Assembly (NCBI GenBank): GCA_007118855.1
Contig: SKQU01000026.1
Span: forward strand, 4,505-68,504
DNA from: Spirochaetaceae bacterium
Lineage (GTDB): Bacteria; Spirochaetota; Spirochaetia; DSM-27196; SLST01
Direction of reading: 5' to 3'
DNA: 64,000 nucleotides
In this document: positions 27,611 through 37,366 of the stretch, in pieces
How positions within the stretch are numbered: the first letter of the stretch is position 1
Layout: every line of letters starts with the position of its first letter
Program-made: the position numbers and the translations under genes
The notes under the pieces: model-generated
Database searches by the model: none
What the model was told of the DNA's origin: nothing
What the model saw: only the letters and a program-made list of their open reading frames with translations

Positions 27611-28219
27611 ATGAGCGATTCCAGGGGCGACTCTCTCGAGCGGCTGCGGGAACACGTGATTGATCAGCTGTCCACCGGCTACTCGCGCGACTTCCTGAGC
27701 GAGGAGGAGTTCGAGCAGCGGCTGGAGACCGCAACGGCCGCGGACCGGCACGCCGAGCTGCGAAGCCTGATCGTCGATCTTCCACCGGCCGGCTCTCCGA
27801 ACCCGCCTGCCGTCTCCGGCGAGTCGGCGGCTGCCGACGGTCGCCTCGAGCGGTTCGCGATTAACCGGGCTGAGGTCTCAGCCGAGTCTTCGCTCATCGC
27901 GGTGTTCTCCGGAGCCGATCGCAAGGGCGTGTGGGAACCCCCGAGGACGTTGAACGTCGTGGCGATCTTCGGGGGCAGCGACATAGATCTGCGGGAGGCG
28001 CGCTTTCCTCCCGGCGGGCTCACGATCAAGGTGGTCGCGATGTTCGGAGGCGTGGACATCATCGTTTCCGAGGGGACCAATGTCGAGGTGAGCGGGGCCG
28101 GGATCTTCGGCGCCTTCGAAGCGGGGAAACGGAAGTCACCGGCGATCCCCGGGGCGCCCACCGTGAAGGTGGAGGGCGCCGCGATCTTCGGTGGCGTGGA
28201 AGTCAGATTCAAGGGGTGA
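27611..28219 (+). CDS. DUF1707-like N-terminus plus LiaF-like C-terminal domain protein
   Basis: 202 aa. N-terminal RLREHVIDQL..GYSRDFLSEEEFEQRLETATAADRHAELRSLIVDLP pattern. C-terminal repetitive beta-strand motif (AIFGGSDIDL, AMFGGVDIIV, AIFGGVEV). Confidence 0.6.
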   Translation: MSDSRGDSLERLREHVIDQLSTGYSRDFLSEEEFEQRLETATAADRHAELRSLIVDLPPAGSPNPPAVSGESAAADGRLERFAINRAEVSAESSLIAVFSGADRKGVWEPPRTLNVVAIFGGSDIDLREARFPPGGLTIKVVAMFGGVDIIVSEGTNVEVSGAGIFGAFEAGKRKSPAIPGAPTVKVEGAAIFGGVEVRFKG

Positions 28220-28221
28220 GC

Positions 28222-29304
28222 ATGAGTGACGGGATGAAGTACGCGCCTCGTGCGCAGGGACGACGGGTCGTTGAAGCCGGCGAGTTCCGGGTCGGTGTCG
28301 CAGGGCTTGACCACGGACACATCGTCGGCATGTGCCACGGACTCCAGGATGCCGGCGCGCAGATCGTCGCGGTCCACGATCCCGACTCGTCGAAAATGGA
28401 GGGGTTTCGCGGCGAGTTTCCGGATGTGGAACTCGTCGCTGAAGAGCGGGCGCTTCTCGAGCGCGAGGATCTGCACCTTGTGGCCTCCGCCGCGGTCCCA
28501 GCGGACCGCGGGCCGCTCGGGCTGCGCGTCATGGATCACGGGAAACACTACTTCTCGGACAAGGCGCCGTTTACGACGCTCGATCAGCTCGAGGCGGCGA
28601 GGGCGAAGGTGCGCGAGACCGGGCTCATCTGGGCGGTCTGCTACAGCGAGCGAGTCCAGAGCGAGAGCGGTGTCTTCGCCTCGCAGCTCATAGAGCAGGG
28701 AGCGATCGGGACCGTGCTTCAGGTAATCGGGCTCGGGCCGCACCGGCTCGGTGCCTCCGCCCGCCCCGAGTGGTTCTTCAGGAAGGAGCGATACGGCGGG
28801 ATCCTGGTTGACATCGGCAGCCACCAGGCAGAGCAGTTTCTCTACTATGCCGGTGCGAACGATGCCAAGGTTCTGCACAGCAAGGTGGCGAACTACAACC
28901 ATCCGGAATACCCGGAGCTCGAGGATTTCGGCGATGCAACGCTCGTCGCGGACAACGGCGTGACCAACTACTTTCGCGTCGACTGGTTTACGCCGGACGG
29001 TCTTTCGACCTGGGGAGACGGACGGACCTTCATCATGGGAACCGAGGGGTACCTGGAGCTTCGCAAGTACACCGACGTGGCCCGGGACGCCGGCGGAGAC
29101 CAGGTCTACCTCGTGAACGGCGAGGGGGAGAAGCACTTCTCGGTCGCCGGGAGCGTGGGGTTTCCCTACTTCGGGGACCTGATCCTCGATTGCCTGAACG
29201 GGAGTGAGAACGCGATGAGGCAGGAGCATACGTTCAAGGCCGCAGAGCTGTCGCTCATCGCGCAGCGCGACGCGATCACGCTCAACACCTCCCCCGTCGG
29301 ATGA
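28222..29304 (+). CDS. Gfo/Idh/MocA-family oxidoreductase
   Basis: 360 aa from the ATG 3 nt after the upstream stop. N-terminal Rossmann RVGVAGLDHGH and family-typical layout. The track ORF has a spurious 5' extension. Confidence 0.8.
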   Translation: MSDGMKYAPRAQGRRVVEAGEFRVGVAGLDHGHIVGMCHGLQDAGAQIVAVHDPDSSKMEGFRGEFPDVELVAEERALLEREDLHLVASAAVPADRGPLGLRVMDHGKHYFSDKAPFTTLDQLEAARAKVRETGLIWAVCYSERVQSESGVFASQLIEQGAIGTVLQVIGLGPHRLGASARPEWFFRKERYGGILVDIGSHQAEQFLYYAGANDAKVLHSKVANYNHPEYPELEDFGDATLVADNGVTNYFRVDWFTPDGLSTWGDGRTFIMGTEGYLELRKYTDVARDAGGDQVYLVNGEGEKHFSVAGSVGFPYFGDLILDCLNGSENAMRQEHTFKAAELSLIAQRDAITLNTSPVG

Positions 29305-29305
29305 G

Positions 29306-30817
29306 ATGAGCCGACCCGAGCACGCAATCACCAACGGTCCGCGCTGCTCCGGGGTGCTGCTCCACCCGACTTCGCTTCCGGGCGCACTCGGTATCGGGAG
29401 CCTGGGACCTGAAGCCGGCGCCTTCGTCGACTTTCTCGCCCGCGCCGGACAGCGTCTCTGGCAGGTCTGCCCGCTCGGTCCGACCGGCTACGGTGACTCA
29501 CCGTACCAGTGTTTCAGCGCCTTCGCCGGGAACCCGCTCCTGATCGGAATCGAGCCGCTGGTCGCAGAGGGTCTGCTCGAGGAGGCCGATCTCCGGAACG
29601 CCCCTGAGAACCGCGATCGCGTGGACTACGGCGAGGTGATCCCCTGGAAGACCGATCTGCTGTGCCGGGCATACGAGCGGTTCCGCCGTGATGCGTCCTC
29701 GGCCATGCGCGCGCGGCTGCGCCAGTTTTCGCACCTGCACGCGCACTGGCTCGACGACTACGCCGTGTTCATGGCGCTGAAGGATGCCTACGAGGGCAGG
29801 CCCTGGACCGAGTGGGACGCGAAGCATCGCGACCGGGACCCTGAGGCGCTCGGTGCGTTCGTCTCCTCGCACGAGGAACGCATAGGGCGAAGCACCTTCC
29901 TCCAGTGGCTCTTTCACACGCAGTGGTACGCGCTGCGCGCCCAGGCCGGCTCGTACGGGATCCGCATCATAGGGGATCTACCTATCTTCGTCGCGCACGA
30001 CAGCGCCGACGTCTGGGCGCATCGCGAGCTGTTCAAGCTCGACGCGAAGGGAAGGCCGTCGGTGATTGCCGGGGTTCCTCCCGATTACTTCAGCGCGACC
30101 GGGCAACTGTGGGGTAACCCGATCTACGACTGGGAGGTTCACGAGCGCAGCGGGTTCGCCTGGTGGGTCGACGTGCTTGCGAGCAAGTTCTCCCTCTACG
30201 ACTACGTGCGCATCGACCACTTCCGCGGGTTCAGCGCGTACTGGTCGGTGCCCGCCGGAGAGTCGACCGCCATGAGAGGCTCCTGGGTGCCCTCGCCCGG
30301 GCGTACACTGTTCGAGACCGTCGAGCGTCGACTCGGCCGCCTGCCGGTGATCGCCGAAGACCTCGGGGTGATCACGCCGGACGTGGTCGAGCTCATCGAG
30401 CACTTCGGGTTCGCCCGGATGAAGGTCCTGCAGTTCGCCTTTCAGGCGCACGAGCGCAACGAGTACCTGCCGTACCGCTACGAGAGGAACTCGATCGTGT
30501 ACACGGGCACCCACGACAACGACACGGTGGTCGGGTGGCTTTCTGAAGCGGAGACGGCCGACCGTGCCTTCGCGCTGGGATACCTTGGGAGCGACGGAAA
30601 CGACCCGGCATGGGACTTCATCAGGGCGGCGCTCGCCTCGCCGGCTCACTTCGCCGTGGTTCCGGCACAGGACCTCCTTGGGCAGGGCAGCGAGGCGCGG
30701 ATGAACACCCCGGGCACCACGGGCGGCAACTGGCAGTACAGACTCCGGCCGCACGATCTCACCGCCGACGTCGCGGATCGCCTGCGATCGCTCTGCGATC
30801 TGTACGGCAGGCTGTAG
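29306..30817 (+). CDS. malQ: 4-alpha-glucanotransferase (amylomaltase, GH77)
   Basis: 503 aa. GVLLHPTSLPG, YGDSPYQCFSAFAGNPLLI, IDHFRGF, PVIAEDLGVITPDV and YTGTHDNDT. Confidence 0.92.
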   Translation: MSRPEHAITNGPRCSGVLLHPTSLPGALGIGSLGPEAGAFVDFLARAGQRLWQVCPLGPTGYGDSPYQCFSAFAGNPLLIGIEPLVAEGLLEEADLRNAPENRDRVDYGEVIPWKTDLLCRAYERFRRDASSAMRARLRQFSHLHAHWLDDYAVFMALKDAYEGRPWTEWDAKHRDRDPEALGAFVSSHEERIGRSTFLQWLFHTQWYALRAQAGSYGIRIIGDLPIFVAHDSADVWAHRELFKLDAKGRPSVIAGVPPDYFSATGQLWGNPIYDWEVHERSGFAWWVDVLASKFSLYDYVRIDHFRGFSAYWSVPAGESTAMRGSWVPSPGRTLFETVERRLGRLPVIAEDLGVITPDVVELIEHFGFARMKVLQFAFQAHERNEYLPYRYERNSIVYTGTHDNDTVVGWLSEAETADRAFALGYLGSDGNDPAWDFIRAALASPAHFAVVPAQDLLGQGSEARMNTPGTTGGNWQYRLRPHDLTADVADRLRSLCDLYGRL

Positions 30818-30891
30818 CCCGGCCGGCGGCGCCCGCAGCACCACGGTCCGTGACAGTCTTCACCGCTTGCGCCATCTGCGGCTTCGTGCTA

Positions 30892-30907
30892 TTGTTGCAT
30901 GCAACAA
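30892..30907. promoter_or_regulatory. Perfect 16-bp palindrome TTGTTGCATGCAACAA overlapping the lacI-family start region
   Basis: Seen directly. It overlaps a candidate TTGCGC-N17-TATTGT promoter (30867-30895) and both candidate ATGs (30899, 30908). Confidence 0.5.
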
Positions 30908-31897
30908 ATGGAAGCACGAGCCGGCCGGGTGACCGTCTATGATGTCGCGAAGGCGGCGGGAACGTCCGCCAGCACCGTATCCCGGGTTCTGAACGGTTCC
31001 GCGCTGATCGCGCCCGAGACCAGGGCCACCGTCCTCGACGCCGCCGACGAGCTTGGGTATCGCCAGCGCAGAGTACGCCGCTCCGCATCGCGGTCGGTGC
31101 TGAACGTCGTGGTGTTTCTTCCTCGCGCGGCCGAGGCGCATGCCCATCTCTTCTACGACGCGGCCGCGCTTTTCGCCGGGATCCAGAAGGGGCTCGAGCC
31201 CGTGCGGACGCATACGATCGCGGCGCTTGTGGGGTCGACTTCACCGTTCGAGGGCAAGAAGCTCGGTGACATCGACGGGTGCATCTTCGCCTTCTGCGAC
31301 CCGCCCGGGAAGGCGCGTCGGCTCCTCATCGAGCGCGGAATTCCGGCCGTGGTGATCAACCGGCTCGACGAGCAGTTCGCCTGCGTGGTCAACGACCACG
31401 AGGCGGGCATGGCCGCGATCGCCGCACTCGTTGCGGCAAGACGCCCGCAGGCGCGGCCGGCCTGGGTAACGGTTGCGACGGCGAACCCGGTCGCAGGGTA
31501 CCGGCGTCGGGCCCTGCTCGGCTGCGAAGCTCTGCGGATGGCCGATGCCGATTGTTTCGAGTTCGGCTCGATCGCACAAATCGGGACCGAATCGGTGGCC
31601 TCGATGCTCGAGGCCGGGTACGACACGCTGATCTGCGTGAACGACCTCGTCGCGATCGCGGCCTACGAGCGGCTGTCGCTGCTCGGTGTCCGGGTGCCTC
31701 ACGGGGTGGGTCTCACCGGCTACGATGCGGCCCCGGTGCGGGAGCTCCTCTCTCAGGAGATCGTGACCGTCGATCTTGCCGGCGAGGCGATGGGGCGGCA
31801 GGCGGCGGAGCAGCTCGTGGAAGCGATACTGCGAAGGGAGCTGCCGCGGGGACGGACCATGGTAGCCGGCGGCCTGATTGCCGGGTCGACGCTGTAG
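30899..31897 (+). CDS. LacI/GalR-family transcriptional regulator
   Basis: 332 aa. N-terminal HTH VTVYDVAKAAGTSASTVSRVLNG plus a periplasmic-binding-protein-like core. The start could instead be ATG 30908. Confidence 0.88.
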   Translation: MQQMEARAGRVTVYDVAKAAGTSASTVSRVLNGSALIAPETRATVLDAADELGYRQRRVRRSASRSVLNVVVFLPRAAEAHAHLFYDAAALFAGIQKGLEPVRTHTIAALVGSTSPFEGKKLGDIDGCIFAFCDPPGKARRLLIERGIPAVVINRLDEQFACVVNDHEAGMAAIAALVAARRPQARPAWVTVATANPVAGYRRRALLGCEALRMADADCFEFGSIAQIGTESVASMLEAGYDTLICVNDLVAIAAYERLSLLGVRVPHGVGLTGYDAAPVRELLSQEIVTVDLAGEAMGRQAAEQLVEAILRRELPRGRTMVAGGLIAGSTL

Positions 31898-31908
31898 AGG
31901 AGGAGGAT

Positions 31909-32766
31909 ATGGGAGCGATTCTGGTGACCGGGGCAAGCCGTGGCATTGGACGCGGGATTGCGCTCGAGCTTGCACGCGCGGGAAAGGTCGTCGCGGTTCA
32001 CTACAACGGCAATCGCGAGGCGGCGCTTGCCACCGCGAAGGAGTGTGGACCGGGTCCCGACGGCGCCCGGTGCGCGGTCTTTCAGGCCGACATCTCGAAA
32101 GCGGACGACCGGGCGCGCCTCGTGAACGAGGTGGTCGATACCTATGGCTCGATCGACGGCCTCGTGAACAATGCCGGTATCGCGCCGCGCAGGCGGGACG
32201 ACATCGTCGAGGCCGATGAAGAGATCTTCAACGAGGTCATCCAGGTCAACCTCACCGGTCCCTATTTCCTGACGCAGCTCGTCGCGCGCCGGTGGCTCGA
32301 GCACGATGCGCCCGCGACGGGGAATGCGCCCGCGACGGGGAATGCGCCCGCGACGGAAGGGGCCCCCGCGGCGAGTCCACCCGCGGACGGTGGACCGTCC
32401 GCACCGCAGCCGCGACGCATCGTCTTCGTCACGTCGATCAGCGCGACGATGGTCTCCACCTCGCGCGGCGAGTACTGTGTGAGCAAGGCGGGTCTCGCGA
32501 TGGGGGCCGCGCTCTTCGCCGCGCGTCTTGCGCCCGAAGGCATCCTCGTCTTCGAAGTACGACCCGGCATCACGAAGACCGACATGACCGCCGGCGTCAC
32601 CGGGAAGTACGACCGGCTCATCGCCGACGGGCTCGTGCCGCAGCGGCGGTGGGGGCTCCCCGAGGATACCGGCAAGGTGGTCCGCTCGATCATGGACGGC
32701 CACCTCGACTTCTCGCCCGGTTCGGTTATCTACACCGACGGCGGATTGAACATTCCAAGATTGTAG
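31909..32766 (+). CDS. Short-chain dehydrogenase/reductase (KduD/FabG-like) with a low-complexity insertion
   Basis: 285 aa from the ATG after AGGAGGAGGA. TGASRGIGRGIA cofactor motif, NNAG, and YCVSK catalytic Tyr/Lys. The track ORF has a spurious 5' extension. Confidence 0.85.
   Translation: MGAILVTGASRGIGRGIALELARAGKVVAVHYNGNREAALATAKECGPGPDGARCAVFQADISKADDRARLVNEVVDTYGSIDGLVNNAGIAPRRRDDIVEADEEIFNEVIQVNLTGPYFLTQLVARRWLEHDAPATGNAPATGNAPATEGAPAASPPADGGPSAPQPRRIVFVTSISATMVSTSRGEYCVSKAGLAMGAALFAARLAPEGILVFEVRPGITKTDMTAGVTGKYDRLIADGLVPQRRWGLPEDTGKVVRSIMDGHLDFSPGSVIYTDGGLNIPRL
32308..32360 (+). repeat. In-frame 18-bp tandem repeat (gcgcccgcgacggggaat x2 plus a partial third), encoding APATGN-APATGN-APATEG
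   Basis: Two identical copies at 32308-32325 and 32326-32343, and a diverged third at 32344-32360, inside the SDR gene. Confidence 0.9.
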
Positions 32767-32775
32767 GAGGAGAGG

Positions 32776-34191
32776 ATGATCGCGATCGACACGAAGGTTA
32801 CGGCGGCTGATCTGGTCCCGGGCCTCGAATCGCTCTCTGCCGTGGCGCGCAGATGCGTCGATCTGCTGCGCGAACGGTGGAACGAGGCGGACGGCACGCC
32901 GGTCTTCACGGAGGCGGGCAGGTACACCAGTCGCGGCTGGACCGAGTGGACGCAGGGGTTCCAGTACGGCATCGCGCTCCTGCTCTTCGAGACGACCGGA
33001 AACGAAGAGTATCTGGAGTACGGCCGACGCGAAACGGTGAAGAAGATGGCCCCCCACCTCACGCACATTGGGGTTCACGACCACGGCTTCAACAATGTGA
33101 GCACCTATGGGAATCTCCTGCGCATGATGAGCGAAGGCACGATCCCGCAGGACGAGTGGCAGCGGGAGTTCTACGAGCTCGCGCTCAAGCTCTCGGGAGC
33201 CGTTCAGGCGAGCCGGTGGACCGCGCTACCCGACGGTCTCGGGTACGTGTGCAGCTTCAACGGCCGGCACAGTCTCTTCTCGGACACGATTCGCAGCATG
33301 CGCTCGCTCGCGCTCGCGCACCAGCTCGGGCACGTCCTCATGGGCGAGCAGGATGAGCGGATATCGCTGCTCGGACGCCTGCTCGCGCACGCGGAGACGA
33401 CCGGCCGCTACAACGTCTACTTCGGCGAGGGACGCGATGCCTACGACGTTCGGGGCCGTGTCGTGCACGAGAGCATCTTCAACGTCGACTCCGGCGCCTA
33501 CCGCTGTCCGTCGACGCAGCAGGGCTACTCGCCGTTCTCGACCTGGACCCGCGGGCTCGCGTGGATCCTCGCCGGCTATCCGGAGGAGCTCGAGTGGCTC
33601 GAGACCCTGTCCGACGACGAGGTGCGCGCGTGCGGGTTTCCCGCAGGCGGCGTTGCGGAGATCAGCGCCCGTTACCTCGAGATCGCGCGGGCGACGGCCG
33701 ACTTCTTCATCGAACAGAGCCCGACCGACGGTATACCCTACTGGGACACCGGCGCGCCGGGGCTCTCGCGCATGGGAGACTACCGCGACCGTCCCGCCGA
33801 TCCGTACAACGAGCACGAACCGGTGGACAGTTCGGCGGCCGCGATCGGCGCGCAGGGGTTGCTGCGGCTCGGAGGCTATCTTGCCCGGAATGCCGGCTCG
33901 AAGGCCGACGAGCAGGCCGCGGCCCGCTATACGCAGGCCGGCCTCACGGTGTCCCGGACGCTGCTCGGAGAGCCGTACCTCTCGCTTGCCGCCGGGCACG
34001 AGGGCATCCTCCTGCACTCGGTCTATCACCGTCCGAACGGCTGGGACTACGTGCCTCCGGGACAGACGGTGCCCAACGGCGAGTCGGCGATGTGGGGCGA
34101 CTACCACCTGATGGAGCTCGGACTCATGGTGAAGCGGCTTGCCGAGGGCAAGGCGCCGCAGCGCTTCTTCGACATCAGGAGGCCGGCATGA
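32776..34191 (+). CDS. GH88-family unsaturated glucuronyl hydrolase-like protein
   Basis: 471 aa. WTEWTQGFQYG, VHDHGFNN, STWTRGLAWILAGY, YWDTGAP and AMWGDYHLMEL align by eye with Bacillus GL1 UGL (DWTDGFWSG, HHDIGF, STWTRGQAWGIYGF, TIWGDYYYLE). Confidence 0.75.
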   Translation: MIAIDTKVTAADLVPGLESLSAVARRCVDLLRERWNEADGTPVFTEAGRYTSRGWTEWTQGFQYGIALLLFETTGNEEYLEYGRRETVKKMAPHLTHIGVHDHGFNNVSTYGNLLRMMSEGTIPQDEWQREFYELALKLSGAVQASRWTALPDGLGYVCSFNGRHSLFSDTIRSMRSLALAHQLGHVLMGEQDERISLLGRLLAHAETTGRYNVYFGEGRDAYDVRGRVVHESIFNVDSGAYRCPSTQQGYSPFSTWTRGLAWILAGYPEELEWLETLSDDEVRACGFPAGGVAEISARYLEIARATADFFIEQSPTDGIPYWDTGAPGLSRMGDYRDRPADPYNEHEPVDSSAAAIGAQGLLRLGGYLARNAGSKADEQAAARYTQAGLTVSRTLLGEPYLSLAAGHEGILLHSVYHRPNGWDYVPPGQTVPNGESAMWGDYHLMELGLMVKRLAEGKAPQRFFDIRRPA

Positions 34192-35051
34192 GCGCGATGA
34201 ACCGTACGACCGACGATCTCAGGGATCGCGGCAGAACTCCGCCGGATCAAAGCCGACTGTGTATTCACACCGCGACGACGCGTCCGCTGCCGCTCGAGGC
34301 GGCGGTCGACGAGTACGTCCGCGCGGGTGTCCGCGGTATCACCGTCTGGCGCGACGCGCTCGCCGGCCGCAGCGCTCGGGCCGCCGGTGATCGGATTCGC
34401 AGGGCCGGCCTCGAAGTGGTCTCGCTCTGCCGCGGAGGGTTCTTCGTGAATGCCGACGAGGAAGAGCGTATCGTCGCGATCGAGGAGAACCGTTCCGCCG
34501 TCCGGGAGGCAGCCGAGCTCGGGGCGCCGCTGGTCGTGCTCGTCTGCGGGGCCGATCCGGCGGTGCCGCTGCCGCTCGCGCGCGAGCAGATCCGGACGGG
34601 CATCGAGGCGGTACTCCCGCTCGCCTCGCAGCTCGGCGTCAAGCTTGCGATCGAACCGCTGCACCCCATGTACGCCGACACGCGCAGCGCGATCACGGAC
34701 CTCGCGACCGCGAATCGGATGTGCGAGGAGATCGACTCGCCGGCGCTCGGCGTCGCGGTGGACGTCTACCACCTGTGGTTCGACCCCTCGCTCGAGACCG
34801 AGATCGAGCGCGCAGGTGAGCGCGTCCTCGCCTTTCACGTCTGCGACTGGAGGACCCCCACGCGCGACTTGCTCACCGACCGGGGGCTCATGGGCGAGGG
34901 GTGCATCGACATTCCCGCGATTCGCGGCTGGGTGGAAGCGGCCGGATTCGACGGGTTCATCGAAGTCGAGATCTTCTCGACCGAGTACTGGGCCCTCGAG
35001 CAGCGCAGCTATATTGAACGAATCGTCGGCGCCTACGAAGCGCACGTATAA
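34188..35051 (+). CDS. Sugar phosphate isomerase/epimerase (xylose-isomerase-like TIM barrel)
   Basis: 287 aa. ATGA overlap with the GH88 gene. LAIEPLHP and VDVYHLW strings. The track ORF has a spurious 5' extension in this frame. Confidence 0.8.
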   Translation: MSAMNRTTDDLRDRGRTPPDQSRLCIHTATTRPLPLEAAVDEYVRAGVRGITVWRDALAGRSARAAGDRIRRAGLEVVSLCRGGFFVNADEEERIVAIEENRSAVREAAELGAPLVVLVCGADPAVPLPLAREQIRTGIEAVLPLASQLGVKLAIEPLHPMYADTRSAITDLATANRMCEEIDSPALGVAVDVYHLWFDPSLETEIERAGERVLAFHVCDWRTPTRDLLTDRGLMGEGCIDIPAIRGWVEAAGFDGFIEVEIFSTEYWALEQRSYIERIVGAYEAHV

Positions 35052-35071
35052 GAAGCAGCAGAGGAGGAACA

Positions 35072-36214
35072 ATGGACCGCCATATTGGAGTTATCATGAA
35101 CGGGGTGACCGGGCGCATGGGAACGAACCAGCACCTGGTGCGAAGCATCCTCGCGATCCGCGCGCAGGGCGGAGTCCCCGCGAAGAACGGTGACCGGATC
35201 ATCCCACAGCCCATACTCGTAGGCCGCAACGAGGCGAAGCTCGCGCGGCTGGCCGCCGCGCACGGCGTGGAACGCTATACGACCGACCTCGACGCGGCGC
35301 TCGGCGACGATCGCGCGCCGGTCTACTTCGACTCGGCGACGACCGAACAGCGGGTCCACGGCGTGGGGAAGGCGATCGACGCGGGCAAGTCGATCTACTG
35401 CGAGAAGCCCACGGCGACGACGCTCGACGAGGCGATCGCCCTCGCACGGAAGGCCCGGCTCGCCGGCGTGAAGAACGGCGTCGTCCAGGACAAGCTGTGG
35501 CTGCCCGGGCTGCTGAAGCTGCGCTATCTCATCGAGACCGGGTTCTTCGGCAGAATCCTGAGCGTGCGCGGTGAGTTCGGCTACTGGGTCTTCGACGGCT
35601 TCCACCAGCCGACGCAGCGACCGAGCTGGAACTACCGCAAGGAGGACGGCGGCGGCATCATGATCGACATGTTCTGCCACTGGCGGTACGTGATCGACAA
35701 CCTGTTCGGTCCGGTACGCCGTCTCTCGGCGATCGGTGCGACGCATGTTCCCGAACGGGTCGACGAGCAGGGCCGAACGTACACCTGTACGGCCGACGAT
35801 GCAGCCTACGGGACATTCGAGCTCGAGGACGGGGTCATCTGCCACTTCAACAGCTCCTGGGCGGTGCGCGTGCGGCGCGACGACCTGCTCACGCTGCAGG
35901 TCGACGGCACGAACGGCACCGCGGTCGCGGGGCTCACCCAGTGCGTGGTGCAGCCCGACGCGACGACTCCGAAGCCGGTGTGGAACCCCGACCTCGAGAG
36001 CCCGATCGACTACTTCGACGACTGGAAGCTCGTGCCCACCCGGGACCCCGCGGACAACGCGTTCAAGGCGCAATGGGAGCTCTTCCTGCGCCACGTCGTC
36101 GACGACGAGCCGTTCCCCTGGGATCTCATGGAGGGCGCGAAGGGCGTGCAGCTCGCGGAGCTCGGGCTTCAGTCGTGGCGCGAGCGTCGCTGGGTCGACG
36201 TCGAGCCGCTGTGA
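35072..36214 (+). CDS. Gfo/Idh/MocA-family oxidoreductase
   Basis: 380 aa. N-terminal IGVIMNGVTGRMG Rossmann motif and an EKP motif (IYCEKPTA). SD GAGGAGGA. Confidence 0.8.
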   Translation: MDRHIGVIMNGVTGRMGTNQHLVRSILAIRAQGGVPAKNGDRIIPQPILVGRNEAKLARLAAAHGVERYTTDLDAALGDDRAPVYFDSATTEQRVHGVGKAIDAGKSIYCEKPTATTLDEAIALARKARLAGVKNGVVQDKLWLPGLLKLRYLIETGFFGRILSVRGEFGYWVFDGFHQPTQRPSWNYRKEDGGGIMIDMFCHWRYVIDNLFGPVRRLSAIGATHVPERVDEQGRTYTCTADDAAYGTFELEDGVICHFNSSWAVRVRRDDLLTLQVDGTNGTAVAGLTQCVVQPDATTPKPVWNPDLESPIDYFDDWKLVPTRDPADNAFKAQWELFLRHVVDDEPFPWDLMEGAKGVQLAELGLQSWRERRWVDVEPL

Positions 36215-36221
36215 CCGGGCT

Positions 36222-36250
36222 TTGGCACGTCGAGGTTGAGCTGGTATAGT
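36222..36250 (+). promoter_or_regulatory. Candidate promoter TTGGCA-N17-TATAGT upstream of kdgK
   Basis: Exact 17-nt spacer, 18 nt upstream of ATG 36269, with a GGAGGG SD in between. Confidence 0.45.
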
Positions 36251-36268
36251 GGATGAAACGGAGGGCTT

Positions 36269-37366
36269 ATGGATTCGCTTTCGATTCGACCGGCTGACGA
36301 GTGCCTGTGGGACCAGGTGTCGCTCGGCGAGATCATGCTGCGGCTCGATCCGGGAGAGGGGAGAGTCAAGACCGCACGCACGTTCACGGTGTGGGAAGGC
36401 GGCGGCGAGTACAATGTCGCGCGGGGGCTTCGGCGCTGCTTCGGGATGCGCACGGCCGTGGTGACGGCGATTCCGCGTACCGACGTCGGCTACCTGCTCG
36501 AGGACCTCATCCTGCAGGGCGGGGTCGACATGCGTCACGTGAAGTGGGTCGACTACGACGGGATCGGGCGGGAGAACCGCGTGGGACTGAACTTCACCGA
36601 ACGCGGGTTCGGCGTCCGGGGAGCGCTCGGGGTCTCCGATCGCGCGCACTCGGCCGCGAGTGCCCTGCGGAAAGGCGACATCGACTGGCAGCGCATCTTC
36701 GGGAAGGAGGGCGCCCGCTGGTTCCACTGCGGCGGCATCTTCGCGGGACTCAGCGAGACGTGCCCCGATGTCGTCATCGAGGCGATGCAGGCGGCGCACG
36801 AGCATGGGACGATCGTCAGCTACGACCTCAACTACCGTGCGTCCCTGTGGAAGAACAACGGCGGGAAGAAACGGGCGCAGGAAGTCAACCGCGAGATTGC
36901 GAAGTACGTGGACGTGATGATCGGAAACGAAGAGGATTTCACCGCGTCGCTCGGTTTCGAGGTAGAGGGTGTGGACAAGTCGCTCACGGGGCTCGACCCG
37001 GCGAAGTTCACCTCGATGATCAAGCGGGTCGTCGAGGAGTTCCCCAACTTCCGGGCGGTGGCGACGACGCTGCGGGACGTGCATTCAGCGACCTCCAACG
37101 GCTGGAGCGCGGTGCTCTCCTATGACGGGTTTCACCAGGCGACCAATCGCGAGCGGCTCGAGATCATGGACCGCGTCGGCGGCGGGGACAGCTTCGCGAG
37201 CGGGCTCATCTACGGCTTCCTCTGCGGGAAGTCGCCGCAGGAATGCGTCGAGTACGGCGCGGCGCACGGAGCGCTCGCGATGACCACTCCCGGGGACACG
37301 TCGATGGCCTCGCTCGCCGAAGTGGAGAAACTCGTCGGCGGCGGCAGCGCGAGGGTTGAGCGATGA
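36269..37366 (+). CDS. kdgK: 2-dehydro-3-deoxygluconokinase (PfkB family)
   Basis: 365 aa. PfkB signature GGGDSFASGLIYG near the C-terminus and GGGEYNVA near the N-terminus. Followed by eda with an ATGA overlap. Confidence 0.8.
   Translation: MDSLSIRPADECLWDQVSLGEIMLRLDPGEGRVKTARTFTVWEGGGEYNVARGLRRCFGMRTAVVTAIPRTDVGYLLEDLILQGGVDMRHVKWVDYDGIGRENRVGLNFTERGFGVRGALGVSDRAHSAASALRKGDIDWQRIFGKEGARWFHCGGIFAGLSETCPDVVIEAMQAAHEHGTIVSYDLNYRASLWKNNGGKKRAQEVNREIAKYVDVMIGNEEDFTASLGFEVEGVDKSLTGLDPAKFTSMIKRVVEEFPNFRAVATTLRDVHSATSNGWSAVLSYDGFHQATNRERLEIMDRVGGGDSFASGLIYGFLCGKSPQECVEYGAAHGALAMTTPGDTSMASLAEVEKLVGGGSARVER

Noticed and set aside
27679-29334. 551-aa minus-strand ORF across the LiaF-like and Gfo/Idh/MocA genes
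   Set aside because: It spans two well-formed plus-strand genes and their junction, and has shadow-ORF composition.
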